NCBI GenBank assembly: GCA_964016885.1
Contig: OZ024740.1
Span: forward strand, 264,306,001 to 264,370,000
DNA from: Eledone cirrhosa
Taxonomy: Eukaryota
Length of the DNA: 64,000 bases
Reading direction: 5' to 3'
Below the pieces are notes generated by a model, which made no database searches, had not been told where the DNA came from, and worked only from the letters and a program-made list of their open reading frames with translations. This document shows positions 43,149 through 57,946 of this stretch, piece after piece. Both the position numbers and the translations under genes were made by a program. The stretch's first letter is position 1, and every line of letters begins with the position of its first letter.

Positions 43149-45720
43149 CGAGACCAGGATGGACGGGTGATCCTTGAACCTAAGCAGATGTGCGAGGCTT
43201 TTCAAAAGCACTTTGCCGGATTGTTCGGAAGGGGCGGGGAGCCAGTTGGGGAAGTGGACTTCGGTCCATAATTCGATGGCCTGCCGCGTCTCTCGGACAG
43301 GGAGGCGAAGTCCTGCGAGGAGCCTATTTCAGCCGCTGAGATTGAGGACGTGCTAAGCCAATGCGGCAAACGCAAATCCCCGGGTCTCCATGGTCTTCCA
43401 TACGAACTGTATCTAGCTATGCCGGACTTGTTCCCCGATCTCATCGAGGCGGTCTACTGCAACTGGCAACAGAATGGGAGAATTCCCTGTGCTGTGACCA
43501 AGGGCGTAGTCACTCTAGTGAAGAAGGACGAGAACACGGGGGACGATATAAATAATTTCAGGCCCATAACTCTGCTAAATACAGAGTTACAGATTTTGGC
43601 CAAGGTGCTAGCAAAGAGGTTGGCGCTTGTCGTGGGCAACCTGATGGGAGATGCGCAGACATGTGCTATCCCGTCCAGGTCGATCCACGACGACCACCAC
43701 CTCATGCGATACATCATAGAGAGATTCGGGAACGAACCCGGCTTTGGTGGGGCCCTGATCAACTTGGTTCAATCTAAGGCGTTCGATAGGGTCGACCATG
43801 GTTACCTGGATGCGGTGCTAGCGGCCGCAGGCTTCTGACCCGTTTTCAGGGGCTGGATCAATGCCATGCACAGCAGCCGCATCTGCTCTAGGGTCAAGGT
43901 GAACGGCTATCTCTCGGAGCCGTTCGAAATCGCGCGGTCCATCCGACAAGGGTGCCCTCTCTCCTCCCTTCTGTATGTAATGACTCTAGAGCCACTGCTG
44001 CGGAAGTTGGAGTTGTTGCAGGGCATCCCGTTGGAACCGGGATTTAGGAAAGCGGTGTCGGCCTACGCAGACGACGTCACAGTAATGGTGTCGACGGCCT
44101 CGGAAATCGGGGCAATCGGAACCTTACTGGAGGAGTACGAGAGGTTTACAGGGGCTAAGCTGAACCGTGGCAAGTTGATCGGTCTGCAACTCTGCACGTG
44201 GAGGGGCAGATCGATGCCCTCCGATGGCGTCGTCGGGCACTGGACGGAGGGCCCGGTGAAGTTGCTCGAGGTCTGGTTCGGGCCAGATCTCCAGTTGGAG
44301 AATAACTGGGGTGAGGTAACAAACAGGGTGTTTGCACTGACCCAGAAGTGGGCCGAGTGCAAACTGTCCCTGAAAGGACGGGCGGAGGTTGTGAACACTT
44401 ATATAGCGTCCGTCATCTACTACCGCCTGACCGTTGTGCCTTGCCCAAGGGAAACGCTCGCCAAAATGGAGCGCGCACTCTTCCAATTCCTCTGGAAGAA
44501 GTGGGCTCCTATGGTGAGGAGATCCATCTGCTGCCAACACCCTTCGAAAGGAGGGCTGGGGATGCCGTGGCTAATGATACGTAAACACGCATTAAGGCTA
44601 CGGCACCTCCAGGTATTCCTCACCGGTCAACCGGTGTGGGCCCCGCTTGTGAGGCGAGCCTTTCCCAGACTCGTCTCACTCACCGAGTTGCAATCCTGGG
44701 TCAAGCAAAGACAGAGAAAACTGGGCGCCTGGCACACCGAGTGTGCCCAGGCGCTCACGGCTCTCTGGCAGGCGGACCCGGTACTCAGTGGAGAATCCAC
44801 CTCGTCATTCTATAGAGGGCTGGTGGTTAGCAGGTACGACGACGACCTCGGAGAAGCCCTAGGCATGGAGGAAGACGAACTGGCCAACCTGTTCGGTAGG
44901 ACATTCAGCTCGGGACCCATGGATAACTTCCAGAGGTCCCTGGCCTGGCAGTGCTACAGAAGGGATCTGCCCGTTCGAGAAAGGCTCTACAGACACGGGC
45001 GACTGGGTAGGGACCCCTCGAAGAAGATCCGTCCCAGATGCATGTGCGACGAGGAAACCGTTGCACACGCATTGGTACACTGCTCGGGCATTGCCGATCT
45101 GTGGTGCGATGTCGAACAACTGCTGTCAAGAGTGGGACCGATCCGGTTGACCACCGAGTCTATTGTAACGATCAAGCCCCTTCCCCTCTTCAAAAACGAA
45201 GGAGAGGCGGTGTTTCTGTGCGTAATAGCCATGGCGAAAGAGGTTGTATGGTGGACGCGTCTGAAAGAACTGAGGTCAGACACCTTTCTCTCTGGCCAAC
45301 AACTGGTCCGTTTCTTCCGATATCATTTCTGAAGAAGGATCAGGATGGAGAGAGAGGTGCTGCACCCCCCCCCCCCCCTAGCCGTTTTTATGAAAGATGG
45401 GTGAAAGTGGCGAGAATGGCCCGTGTGAATGGGCCTTCACTCTACATCAGACTATAGGTGAGGAAGATGAAAGACCAAGGGAGCACCCCATCTCTATGCT
45501 CCTGAGGAGAAGGGTTGCACACTTTTTTTCGGGGGTGTGTGCGACCCCAAGGCGCCTCCTCTCTATTGAGGATTTTGTTATAAATTTTATTTTGTTATAT
45601 TTTATTTTATTTTTATATTTTGTTATTGCCTCCTCCTGATTGAGGACGCCTTGTTATGTAAACTCCCCCCATTGTACTTGTCCCACTTTTTGATGCCCTG
45701 GTGGCAAATAAAAAGAAAAT
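43149..45720 (+). mobile_element. 5'-truncated Tx1 element (diverged relative of 3307-9304)
   Basis: ORFs 43350 and 43866 align with ORF2 (KSPGLHG, RQGCPLS, YADD); stops and frameshifts; AATAAA at ~45707. Confidence 0.92.
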
Positions 45721-46538
45721 TATTTATCTATCTATCTCTCACTCTCTGACACTCACACACACACATTCACACGAAATGTATAAATATCAATAAATTACTC
45801 GATGACCATTGACTCTCGCAGGTTTTGTTTTCCATCCCGCTGTGTTACCAAAATATACATTTTCACCAAGCAAGCTGGATAGACTTGCCAGATTAATCAC
45901 TGACGTTCTGCGCATGTGGTAGGTTGTAAAATGTAGCGAGTTGCGTTCACGAGCGACCTGTCCGTCTTTAAGGGTCTTCAACCAATTTTATAAGCTATTT
46001 CATAGTATCTCTGAGCATGACAACAACACCACTCTTTATATTAATGTTGTCCTCTCAGCGCTTCCTAAAACACAAAGAGATCGGTTACGTATTACCATTA
46101 TTCTTTTACATTTAAAATTATGATGCAGCTAATTTCAGACGTTACGGGTTATCAAGGTCCCTTCACTTAATGGTGTAACTTCCAGACCAACGACATTACA
46201 TGAAGTTGCCAAACAATCCATAGTGTTTTGCTTATCATCTTCCTGAGAAAAATATACTTGTCGAAGTTAAAATCTATCAATATTAAGTGTGAGTGGAGCG
46301 TAATCTAGTGCCCATTTGCTGGACATTTATAGGTTCATGGTATTGTACAAACAGTTTAAGTTATTTGTGTTTTCATCCATTTAGAATCTTTGTTTTAGTC
46401 TAGGTATGGTTGTTTGGTTTAAACCACCTCTCATTGTGTTTTGATTAATTCTTGGAAAATAGTTATATGTATATATGCTTGTGTGTACGTATGGGTGGCG
46501 GCTTTGTACTTGGGTTGCGGAATATGCTCGGTCTCCTG

Positions 46539-46586
<48 letters not shown>

Positions 46587-46899
46587 ATCACAAATAAAGC
46601 TGAAACATCGAAAATCTAATCAAAGCGAAACCGGTTGAGTAGTTTTGAAAATGTTTCTATATTCAAAAACAAACAATGATTTATTTTGTATGAACCAATT
46701 TCTTTTCGAAGTGATTTTTGTAAACGTGCATATACATAAAAAAATTTTGAAGAGTTTAAGAACTTTATTACACACAGACAAACACGCACACCCACACCCA
46801 TACACACACAGCCGCCACCACGCACACACATACATACAAACATACATGCATATATACATACATCACTTTCCTATCCTCTTTTATTGGTTTGCTTGCTTG

Positions 46900-46929
<30 letters not shown>

Positions 46930-46938
<9 letters not shown>

Positions 46939-47440
46939 ATACTTGGGGAGGGTCATATTGTTGTAATAATATTGCCAGAATTAGTAACAGATCACACTCA
47001 CTGTTTGGTTGGTTTTCGCTTCTGTATCTTTTATATCAGTTCATTTATTCGGTCCTCAATGTTTACTATTGACTGACCAACGGTCAGATAATATATAGAC
47101 ACAAACACATATATATAGTCTAACAAAGTTCTTTCGTTGCACATCTGCAACATCGTCAGTGGTGCTATTATGTTTCCTCCTGTTGTATTATATGTCTACG
47201 CCATCTTTATTTAATCTGTTTATTTATTTATTTATTTATTTTTGTCTTCTTCTCTGCGCATGCGTTTACGTGTGTGTATAGTGTTTGATGTGTGTTCCGG
47301 GTTGGATGACTGTGTTTTGGTTATTTTATTCTATCTTAGTTTACAGTGTTTGTTTATATGTTTGTTGTTATTGGGCTTGTGTATATATTTAATTATTTAT
47401 TTATATTTCTCTTAAGTCGGTATTGTTTGTTTGAGTGTTG
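46930..47440 (-). mobile_element. Penelope 3' UTR/pLTR fragment with degenerate HHR at ~47121-47165
   Basis: Similar to 55438-55855; minus strand CUGACGA-(u)guugca..ugcaac-GAAA. Confidence 0.6.
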
Positions 47441-47587
47441 TTGTTATTCCATTCATTTTTTCTGTTTAGCTTTGGCCTTCTAAGTTCAATGGTTATCATC
47501 GAAATATATATAGCAGTAAATAAAGGATTATGGGTTCATGCAATTCACTATATATATATATATTTTAGTCTTCAAATTTATTATTAT

Positions 47588-47661
<74 letters not shown>

Positions 47662-47839
47662 CAAGCAAACCAATCAAAGAGGATAGGAAAGTGATTAGTT
47701 ACGAAAATTACAACCGAGTAGATTGAGGGTTTGTGTACTCGATGCGTATGGCTTGCAAGACAGGGAAAAAACTGTGTAATTCGTAGAAAATATGTCTAGC
47801 AAAATTATTACATGCAGAGTTAAAATCAAGTATGAAATG

Positions 47840-49250
47840 TCACAGAAAACAACCACATTTTTTAATAATGCATATATACTGGCTGACAACATGTTTCCGA
47901 AATCGATGATTAATTTATACATGGAGTAAAGGATTACCCATTCGAAAATCGATAAGCGTATAGTGAAAATCAATACTAGATTCAGAGTGCCCTCATCAGA
48001 GCAAAAAATAAAGAAATAAAAATATTAATTCAAAAAATATATACATGTCACCGAAGAAAAGTTCCTACAATAAAAGCGATACTTGGATATTGTCCACATT
48101 TTAAAAAGTTGCCTATGGCGAAAATCTGTTAACATTTCAATGATCATGGCAGTTACAGAAAATTGCGTATGATCAGAGGTAACATTGCTTAAAGGAGATA
48201 ATTAGTAACCAAGAGAGATAAATAAGCAGTAATGTATAGCTAAATATTATGTAAATTTTACTAACGAAAATTGATAAGGTTAGAGGGGTTAAGAAATTTA
48301 TATATATTAGAAATAAATGATACAAATGTCAAGTTATAAGAACTATATTTAATTATTACTGGACAGCTATATGAAGGTCAAATCAGTGAGAAATCACTTT
48401 CAAAAACATAAAAGAATAAGGTTGGGAAATATTTGGATTGTACTAAGGAACATTGAAATCAATTAAATTAAATAGGGTATCTATAGGTTCTAAGATATGT
48501 ACAAATAGTAGTATATTAAAAAATGGGGTTTTATTAAAAATAGAGCCATTAACTACAGAACGGTTTGCGAAATAAAAAAATCTACAGGAAAAGTGGAGTT
48601 TAAAAGAAATGGGGTGTGACATGGTAAAAAAGGAAAAAAGTAGGGCATAGCTTAAGTAGGGGATAACTTAGGTAGGGGAGTAAGAAATAAATAGCTAAAA
48701 AGTGGAGGTAATTAATGGGGGTAGAGGACACATATGAAAATATAGGGGAGGGTGAATAATAAATTAAAGTAATGAGATCTAATTGGGATCAAACACTCTT
48801 TTAGCGAATGAGTATGTCAAACGGTGATGGCAGTTAATAACTATCTCATAGTTGTCATTAATTGGACGTGGTTTATATAAGGTTATTAAATAAGCTTCTG
48901 ACAAACAAAGATCGCAATGCTCCTTATGTCCTTTGCATGGGGACGATTTTGCTAAAATATCCGAAACTAAAGAGTATTCAATACTGGAGTGTTTAAATGC
49001 ATTTAAATGTCTAGCCAATGAAGTAGATGATTTTAATATACTATTCCTAAATGAATGTTTATGAGAATTAATATTTTTATTTCTTTATTTTTGGCTCTGA
49101 TTAGGGCGGTGAATTTAGTATTAATTCTCACTGTAGGTTTATCGATTTTCGGATCGTTAACCATTTACTCCATGTACAAATTAATTTTCGGCTTCCGAAA
49201 CAAGGTTTCAGCCAGTAAATATGTGTTGTTTCCTCTGACATTTAATACAT
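47840..49250 (-). mobile_element. Short Penelope-like 3' remnant with inverted pLTRs carrying HHR motifs
   Basis: ORF 48779..49018 has CDLCLSE...NCHHR. 47860-48030 is inverted to 49065-49240. HHR-like CUGAUGA..GAAA..UC at 47880-48002(-) and 49092-49214(+). Confidence 0.75.
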
Positions 49251-49294
49251 GCTATACACACACACACACGCACACGCACACGCACACGCACACG

Positions 49295-49351
<57 letters not shown>

Positions 49352-49616
49352 CATATATACGTACATTGACATGCAAATATATATATATACCTACGCGTAT
49401 GTGTGTGCGTGTTTGTTTGTTGTGCAGACATATTTATGTTGCACGATAAAAACAGTCATATATAATTAAGTCAGAATTATTGTTTCTCTAGCAGAATGGC
49501 CTGACGTTGATCGAGCTTTGCTCTAGGGCTCTTAAATATTTGATATATATTTATCCTGGTGAAATAAATACGTTTGTTTATATTTTGTTATTGTGTATGC
49601 AAAAATATCTGTACAC

Positions 49617-49675
<59 letters not shown>

Positions 49676-50214
49676 TAACAGATTAAAGTTTAAGCAAATA
49701 ATAGCTGCTTTCACCCTTAACGGGATCTTCTGAAACTAAAAAAAATCAATTTGTGAACGCAGAAGTAAATATTTCGAAATGTTTTTTTGTGTATGAATAA
49801 ATATCTGTCAGTGATGCATGTGATTGTCTAATCGCCGGCCTTTTTTGTTTATATTTTGTGTTTGTGTATGCAAAAATATCTGTACACGAATATCTATATT
49901 AAAATAACATATTAAAGTTTAAGCAAAGAATCGTTGCTTTCACCCTTAACGGGATCTTCTGAAACTAAAAAAAAAATCAATCTGTGAACGCAGATGTAAA
50001 TATTTCGTAAAACGTTGCAACCGAAGGAAAACAGGAGGACGATACTTTGGTGCGTGAATACGTTCCCTGACATAAGAATGTATATATATATATATATACA
50101 CACACTATATATACATATAAACACACACACACACTGATCGCGTCATAAGGATGTAATGCAGACAGCAGGCATACAGACAGATATTATAAGGGCGCGACGT
50201 TATATCTATTTATC

Positions 50215-50420
50215 TATCTAAAAAGAGAAAGACTAAGAATCATAGAGAAAGATCGTTAAATCGCATAAAGCAGTCCCTAGGGCATTGAAAATTTAAAATT
50301 TCTTTCACTCACGGGACTATAAGTATTACATGTTTAAAGTTTGAAAAAACTCGGTTGGGTGGTTCTCGAGTTTTAGTGATTGGACAGACAGACAGACATT
50401 CTCTGTATTAGTAATATAGA
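50215..50420 (-). mobile_element. Helitron/DINE-like 5' terminal fragment
   Basis: Minus strand starts A|TCTATATTACTAATA...(GTCT)n. Confidence 0.5.
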
Positions 50421-51861
50421 TTAATATTTCAAGCTTTTCCCTTTAATAATGATGACAACTGATGATGACATACATGAACGAGATTTGTCGTAGTTTCTTA
50501 CTGAAGATACACTGTAACTTAGATTGGCATACGGGTAATTACTTGTATAGAAACGATATGTCAATTTATTTTAACGTCTCATCCTATCAATTCGATAAGT
50601 CGATTACTTTGTCATCCAATATTTTATATTGATTTAGTCAATGGGATAAAGTAATAGATATTTCTAAATGTAATATATACCTCCAATATTGCTGTTATAA
50701 CATACGATCTTGTGTTTATGTTTTTCTTGTATTCTATAGACGTGCGCTGACATAACAGGAGCGAGTAATGTTTCAAAGATAAAGTGCTTTTAAATGCAAA
50801 TGACTTTACCTATCTGAGCAATAGTCACTGTAAGTACGGTAGGATTAGAAAAGCAACTCGGCATACGGACGGCAGAAAGTAACTCTATAGGATACCAACT
50901 CCATGACGATCCATGTCGTATGCAAAGCATATCAACGAATGATATTTTCTATCCAATTTCATTGTACGAACTTTAAATTAAAAACCTGCTGAAATATATT
51001 GTGTATATTCATGGTATATTCATGAATATCACTTGGAACGCCAAGCTCAATAAGACTATATTTCAAGAGAAGCCCATTTTCTCTAACGCGGACGTTTCAT
51101 GCAGAAAAACGTTCACCGCCTTTTATATAAAAAGAAATTGAAGAAAGGCCGCTTACAATGACAGATACTGTATTTACATATTGTTAGTTGTGTGACAAAT
51201 GAAATGCAGGGTCTGCTTCCACGTAACGTAATGAAATTGAACTGTGATAACTGCAGTTTGACCTCTGTAACTCAAAACAGAAACCACTGGTGGATAGCGA
51301 TTGCCTCTTCATTATATAGCTTGAGTTTTATGTATGAAAATCTATCGACAATTTATCAACCGATAGCCTATTATAAAGATTATTGTGCAGGTGCAGAAGA
51401 CAGTTAACCATATTTGTTTCAGAGTATTTCAGATGGAAATCATATTAAAATGTATTTCATTAACGTATTAACATGCTGTACTTTCAATTTACTCTTCAAA
51501 TACAAATGTTTTAAAAAGGTATCGTCTCTATGAGTCATGGTATCGTATAAAAGAATCAAGTATGTAATATTAGGATGGCAAAACCTTACTGAGATATTCG
51601 GATCTTTCTGTGAGAATGTAATATAATACATGTAATCAACAGTCATGGATAGCAACTGGCTGGCTCAAAAGCATATACGTTATGTAGAGCCTGCAATAGG
51701 AGAATTAAGCGAAATGTGTACATTGCTGAATGGTGAATGTTGTCATTTTGTAAAGATATTTCTGTACAATTTGTCATCAATATGTTATATGCTATGGAAT
51801 GCATATTGTTCAGACTGCTTACGACCTACAGCTAATACCAATTAATCATTATTCATTTTAG

Positions 51862-52009
51862 CTTCTCAAACTCTCCAGCCTTTCTCCTTACTCTAGTGCC
51901 AACGACATTGCAACAATGGCTGATGAAACTACATTTACAAACATATTATAAAGATTACATATACTTATTTCAACAATTCCAAACCTTTATTCAAGCAAAG
52001 GCTGGAGAG
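51862..52009 (+). CDS. Candidate host-gene exon, unknown protein
   Basis: Acceptors ttttag (51861) or ctccag (51878); donor GAG|GTCAGT; open frame ...LQQWLMKLHLQTYYKDYIYLFQQFQTFIQAKAGE. Confidence 0.45.
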
Positions 52010-52237
52010 GTCAGTGTCGAATATATGGAGAAATATATACGCAAATATATTTTTTACTATTTATACTATGATATTAACAAAGTATATATCATTACCATTT
52101 TCAATGCCTGATTAATGATATTCTTTCATTTCATAGAGATTGTAGTGGTTTGAATTATGTGTTTACTAACACCTTGGATCATTCCCAATGGAATAAATAT
52201 TTTCACATTCTCATTTATAACATAACCTGCCTTACAG

Positions 52238-52354
52238 CAACCGAGTTATAAATTGCATCATCTACAAAGAATAGAAGTTATCAAGATATTAAGTCGGCGT
52301 CTACACAAGGTCTTGAGTCAAGAATGGCTTCAGGTTTCATACAAGGAGAAAAAG
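52238..52354 (+). CDS. Candidate host-gene exon, phase 0/0
   Basis: cttacag| 117 nt open (QPSYKLHHLQRIEVIKILSRRLHKVLSQEWLQVSYKEKK) |gtaaga; phase-compatible with the previous exon. Confidence 0.5.
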
Positions 52355-52544
52355 GTAAGATATGCAGACACAGATACATGCATAAATATTGAACTGTGCT
52401 CTGTTTACGTAGAAGCAAATTGAAAAAGATATATTGTTAATTTGAATATCTTCTACATAACATATATTATATTAATGCAATAATGGATATAACTTATTTC
52501 AGGTAAATTGACTACTACAAGAGCAAGAACAACATCAACAACAA

Positions 52545-52565
52545 CCACTAATACTACTACTACTA

Positions 52566-52623
<58 letters not shown>

Positions 52624-52648
52624 AACTACTAATACTACTACTACTACT
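52545..52648. repeat. (CTA)n microsatellite
   Basis: tactactac run. Confidence 0.95.
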
Positions 52649-53922
52649 TGATGATCGGTTAAAGTTTACACATAACCGAACATTTGTTTATCATGTTCGA
52701 TGTTATTCTTTCTGTGATCATCTACAGCTACGTCCCCGATTCTCTCTTTTGCCTAATATATTTGGAAAGAAATATGTATTACTTAATTAGAGAATCACTA
52801 AACAGCATATTCTTGAAAATGTAAATGTATTTTAGGGTCCAACTATTGAAGTGGCTCAAATCCCAGATGTTGCTGTGGTTTTTAGATCAAATACAAGACA
52901 CAGTTTTTTTAAAATATATCTATGCATTCTTCTTTTCCAGCTTGCTAAGTAATTGTACATATATATATACATATTAATCCAGTACATTCACTTACATACA
53001 ACACTGATTAGGATGTGTCTACTATAGTAGGTACTCTATTGTATTATATATATATATATATAGAAAATACCATCACAATTTCAGAGCCTTGACAATATTT
53101 TAGCAGAAAACAAACTCATTTCAATTAAACCCTGTAATTAACTAGTACTTAATATAATCGACCACCGTAAGTAGGAAAAGCTATGTCGACTTTGGTGTAA
53201 TTTGAACACGGAATATAACGAACTTGACGTAGCAATGCAAAGCGTTTGTTCAGAGCGTTAAGGTCCCTGCCAGTCCACTGCCCTGAATTAATCAATAATT
53301 TCCCAACATTAAGAAACTATTTTCTTTCCCAGATATTACATTGCTATTATGTTTCATCTGGAAATATTACCATACGCAAAACAAACAGTTAATTGTAAAT
53401 ATTACGAATATATTTCTAATAGTATTAAATTTGTGTTGACGTATAATGATAATGGGCTCTAGTATAATTGCAGTCATATCTTCGCTGTAGCTATTTAGTA
53501 TTCCAAACAATCACCGTATTGGTTTTGGGCTGGATATATTGGGTTGGATAGTATAATATGCCGTATGTTTCTTTGTGACTTTAAAATGTGGTTTTGATTG
53601 ATATTTTACTGCTAATTCATCATACATTTCGAAGCGTTTAGGCTACATAATATTGTATTCCAGAAAAGCAGGTGATTTGTGCAGCCATTTTAGTAATTTC
53701 ATTCTCTTCCTATCCTTAAACAATTGACACGGCTATTAAAAATAGATGAGTATAGTTAGAGGCCGATACACAAGCGGCAATGTGCAAAAGACTAAATTAT
53801 TTCTGGAGCAAGCAATGCAATACTGTATCAGAGGAGGAGATAGTACACACTCATATAACAGAGTAATGGACCTCCATCGACATCAACGATGAGTGTTCCA
53901 GTTGATTTACCGACAATTGCTC

Positions 53923-54255
53923 TCAGGTCTCTGGTGTTGTTGAATGCCACGGACTTTTACATGAGGGAAGAGCATATGTTAAATTAAGTACATCCTTTTT
54001 TTTTCCACAGTGAATTACCGCAAATTTATCCTCGTTCATTAATTTAATTTTTCGATTATTGGATAACAACATATAGATCTGAATCAAGACATGGCTGGTC
54101 TCGCACACTGAAGATGGCTTTCTGGAGCTTGGAAGCATCATGTACTTGATGACGCCTATATTGTCATTGATGTAAAATATGAAGTGAAGTAGGTCCAACA
54201 CAACGCCTAATGGGACACCACTACTGATTGTTTGATATTGATCGATGTCCTTCAA
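53923..54255 (-). pseudogene. Ancient CR1/L2-type RT fragment
   Basis: SGVPLGVVLDLLHFIFYIND resembles [20 protein letters not shown]; downstream MNEDKFAVIHCG. Confidence 0.65.
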
Positions 54256-55077
54256 TCACAACACATCGTATTCCTTCAACAGGATATACAGATTGAGGTA
54301 TGCTTATATTTGCATTATGCATACGTACACGTATGTAAAGATATCAATAAGTTTGATACGAACACCTAATTGATACGGTTTTATACGATAATTGTAACTT
54401 ATAGGATCACTCATTTATGAAATCGCTTCACATGCAATAGTCCTATGAAATTTTCTCGATAGCATAAATGTTTACGGTAATAATGTTTTTATTGCTCACT
54501 AGGGCCGAAACACAAAGGACAATACAAATGAATAGGGCAGAGGCCATTTATATAAAAACACCTAGATAACAAGTTAATAAGAATGTTCATGTAGCTGAAA
54601 GGTCGACAATGGAGTAGTTCAGGAATCCCTCAGATCTGAAACCACACTAATCGCCAGGAGTACCCTAGAAAAATGCCTCTCTCGTTTACGAACCCACCAG
54701 CCTAGAGACACAGTTTTAAAGTGGCCATTTACGTTGACAAACTAACAGATGGTATCAAAATCGGCTGCCATGAGAACAGCAAACAATAACAACGATGAAA
54801 CTTCTAAAAGCTTTCGATTGATTTACAGTGTGCAAATGGGATCAACATCAAAGCCAAGAGGACTTCCTAACGGCCATATGATATATCGTATCGACCTGGC
54901 CGGTGTTGTGTACGCCTACACATACCCGACCAGACACTTTACAACAAGCTAACACACATTTTCTAGCCGCTTGTCGAAAATCTTAAACACTATGACGAGT
55001 AGATTTATAGCACCGACATTCTTGATATATATATATATATAATATATATAATTATATAATTATATATATATATAAAT

Positions 55078-55230
55078 GTTTCTGCTTTTGGCACTAGGCC
55101 AGCAATTATCCCAGTGAAATGATGAAAGGCAAAGTTAAACTCGGCGGGATTTGAAATTTGAACATGAAGGGAAGTAACTCTTTGCTGCAAAGCATTGTGT
55201 CTGACCCTCTACCGATACTGCCAATCCACC
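55078..55230 (-). mobile_element. tRNA-derived SINE copy (internal deletion)
   Basis: Family core and B-box. Confidence 0.75.
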
Positions 55231-55269
55231 ATATATATATATATATATACATATATATATGTATATATG

Positions 55270-55322
<53 letters not shown>

Positions 55323-55383
55323 GTATATATGTATATATATATGTATATATGTATATATGTATATATATATGTATATATATATG

Positions 55384-55437
<54 letters not shown>

Positions 55438-55440
<3 letters not shown>

Positions 55441-57180
55441 TGTTATACTTTGGGAGGGTCATGTTGCCAATAAGAAACACACGCACCAGTTGTTTCACTT
55501 CAATTTATTATGATAAATTTATAATAAATTTATAAATTTATAAATTTATAAATTTCTGGTTGGTTGGTTGGTTCCACAATCAGATAGTTGTTTATATATA
55601 GTCATAGTTCTTTCGTTACACACTCTGTGACCTCTTCAGTAACTGGAGATTCCTTTCTTTGTTTCTGTGCCTTTGTTTCTGTGCCTTTGTTTCTGTCCTA
55701 CGCCATTTTGTTTCTGTGTGTGTGTTGTGTGCTCAGTCTGCGCATGCGCCACATCCGGGTGTCTGTGTGTGTTTATGTTCATTTATTTATTTGTTTATTT
55801 ACATGTTACTGGTTGGTTGTTTGTTCTATGTGTGTGTGTGTTTTCATTTTATCCTTAATTGTAAGTTGTGATGTTGCTGGTCCACTCATATTTTCTATTT
55901 AAATTTGGTTGTAATTCTTTTATGTTTATTGCCTCTGTAATTTGTCTAAACATTGCGTCTTTTCTGTGTGTAGATTCTATTTTTATTTCTATGTTCTCTA
56001 ATTTACCCTTGTTTTCTATTTTAGCATGTTGGTAGAGTACAGATGATTCTTTATTATCTTGAAGGTCTCGCCAGTGTTCATTTATCCGTTCCCCTACACT
56101 ACGAGCTGTCTCACCTATGTACACTATATTTTTGTCTCTACATTGTCTTTCAGTACATCTTATGCTATACACTACATTTCTGGTTTTACAGTTAATATGG
56201 GGGCTTATTTTACAGGTTATACATTTCTTATCTATACATGAGGGTCTTTGAAAAGGGTATGTCTTGCTAATAAGTGTTTTTACGGAGGTACCTGTTCTTT
56301 CTACTATCTTAATATTGAGTTTATGTTTATTTAGGGGCCTTCTAAATTTGTAAGCTAATTCACCTCTAGTGGTTGTATCGATGAACATTACACTCTGGTA
56401 TATATTGCTATCATACCATGAGTTTATTCTATTAGCCTTGTTCCTAGTTCTTTCTATTCTATTCCAAAATGTGCTCCTATACAAGGGGCAGGTCCCATTT
56501 ATGTCATTATTTAGCATTTTTTCCCATTTGGTTCTGGCTCCTCTATACACTCTGATTTTATCTCTCTGATTGTAGCCAGAGAACTGCATACGGTGGATGA
56601 AGTGTTGTATGTGTCTCTCTAGTTCTTCGGGGTTGCACATGCGGGACACATTTCTCATCACCCGTACCAAATCCGCAATCAGTATATTGATTTTGGTATG
56701 GTCCGAAACGGCCGAGTTTCGGAGGATCAGATGTTTGGAAGTCATGGGTTTGGCATAATGGGAATGGAGGATTTGTTTTTTGTTGTTAATGGTATCTAAC
56801 CAGAGCTCTGTGTCTAGTACAGGTAATCGATGGTTGGGGTGTTTACTTGGGTAGTCTATAGTAACTCTAATGCTCTGGTGGATGGAATTTGCTATTTGCT
56901 GGATGCTTTCGATTGTGTTTTTCTTTAGTTCCTGACTGTTCTCTAGTGGGGTGGGGTCTTAACTACGATGTTTATATCATCTACGTAGCGGGAGTACATT
57001 ATCAGGGTTTAGGGGTCTTCTAATTGTTCTTTAAGTTTAAGTCTACTGTCCCACCATACCATGAATAAATTAGCTATGTCGCCTGCAATGCTAACACCAA
57101 TGGCTGCTCCTTCCTCTTGGGCATATGTTTTTCCATTAAAATTGAACATATGTTCCTTAAGGGTTAGTTTTATGCCGAGG
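55438..57180 (-). mobile_element. Penelope-like element, 5'-truncated (RT C-half + GIY-YIG + pLTR)
   Basis: ORF 55855..56745 is GIY-YIG; upstream on minus, GAAIGVSIAGDIANLFM...YSRYVDD. Confidence 0.9.
55600..55644 (-). ncRNA. Minimal type I hammerhead in pLTR (canonical core)
   Basis: aguua-CUGAAGA-ggucaca gag uguguaac-GAAA-gaac-UA-ugacu. Confidence 0.65.
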
Positions 57181-57275
57181 TGTCCTACACGAGTGAAAGT
57201 ATAAAGAAAAAAAGATGAAATCGAAAATGCAAATGGAGTCTGATTTAAAAAATATATATATGTATTTATTTGGTT

Positions 57276-57313
57276 CCTTTACCGGTTTCGCAGTTCTTCT
57301 GCTTTTCAAAAGT
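57276..57313 (-). ncRNA. Minimal hammerhead, U3:A8 variant (second copy of the 21267 family)
   Basis: cuu-UUGAAAA-gcag aagaa cugc-GAAA-ccgg-UA-aag. Confidence 0.7.
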
Positions 57314-57391
57314 AGAGTTGAGATGGAGGGTCTGTGTTTATCTCACATATATATATATATAAAGGTTTATATATATATATATATATATAAA

Positions 57392-57476
<85 letters not shown>

Positions 57477-57534
57477 TTTGCAACGGGTCACTTTGTGGCT
57501 CAATGAAGAATTAATAAATTAAATAATCAGAGCT

Positions 57535-57946
57535 ATATATCATAAAACATGTCTATAGGATCACCAGATAAAATATATACCATTTCCTCTCGCAATTAGC
57601 ATAATTAACCATATAAAAATTCGATTAGACCAAGCTATCAGAATAAATGCTTCTATGAAGAAATCTCCGACAAATAACCGAAAGCAGCCCCTTCGCGTCG
57701 GTTGCGACGGAGTATTTATCGAGTATTTCGACAGCGTGTATAGATCACTCAGATATACAGTCAACTAAATAGAATTAGGTGTAAAATATACTAGGACAAA
57801 TGTGAACATATTTAGTTACCTCTACCATGGTTTCGTCCGCATTTACTCTTATAGCTTGGTCTAATCGATTTTTCATATGGTTAATTATGTTAATTGGGAG
57901 AGGAAATGGTATATATTTTATCTGGTGATACTATAGACATGTTTTA

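Noticed and set aside
50495-50570. CTGAAGA...GAAA...TC hammerhead-like spacing
   Set aside because: Stem I does not pair convincingly.
50740-50829. AG...GTAAGT-bounded 90-nt exon candidate
   Set aside because: Stops in all three frames; at most a UTR exon.
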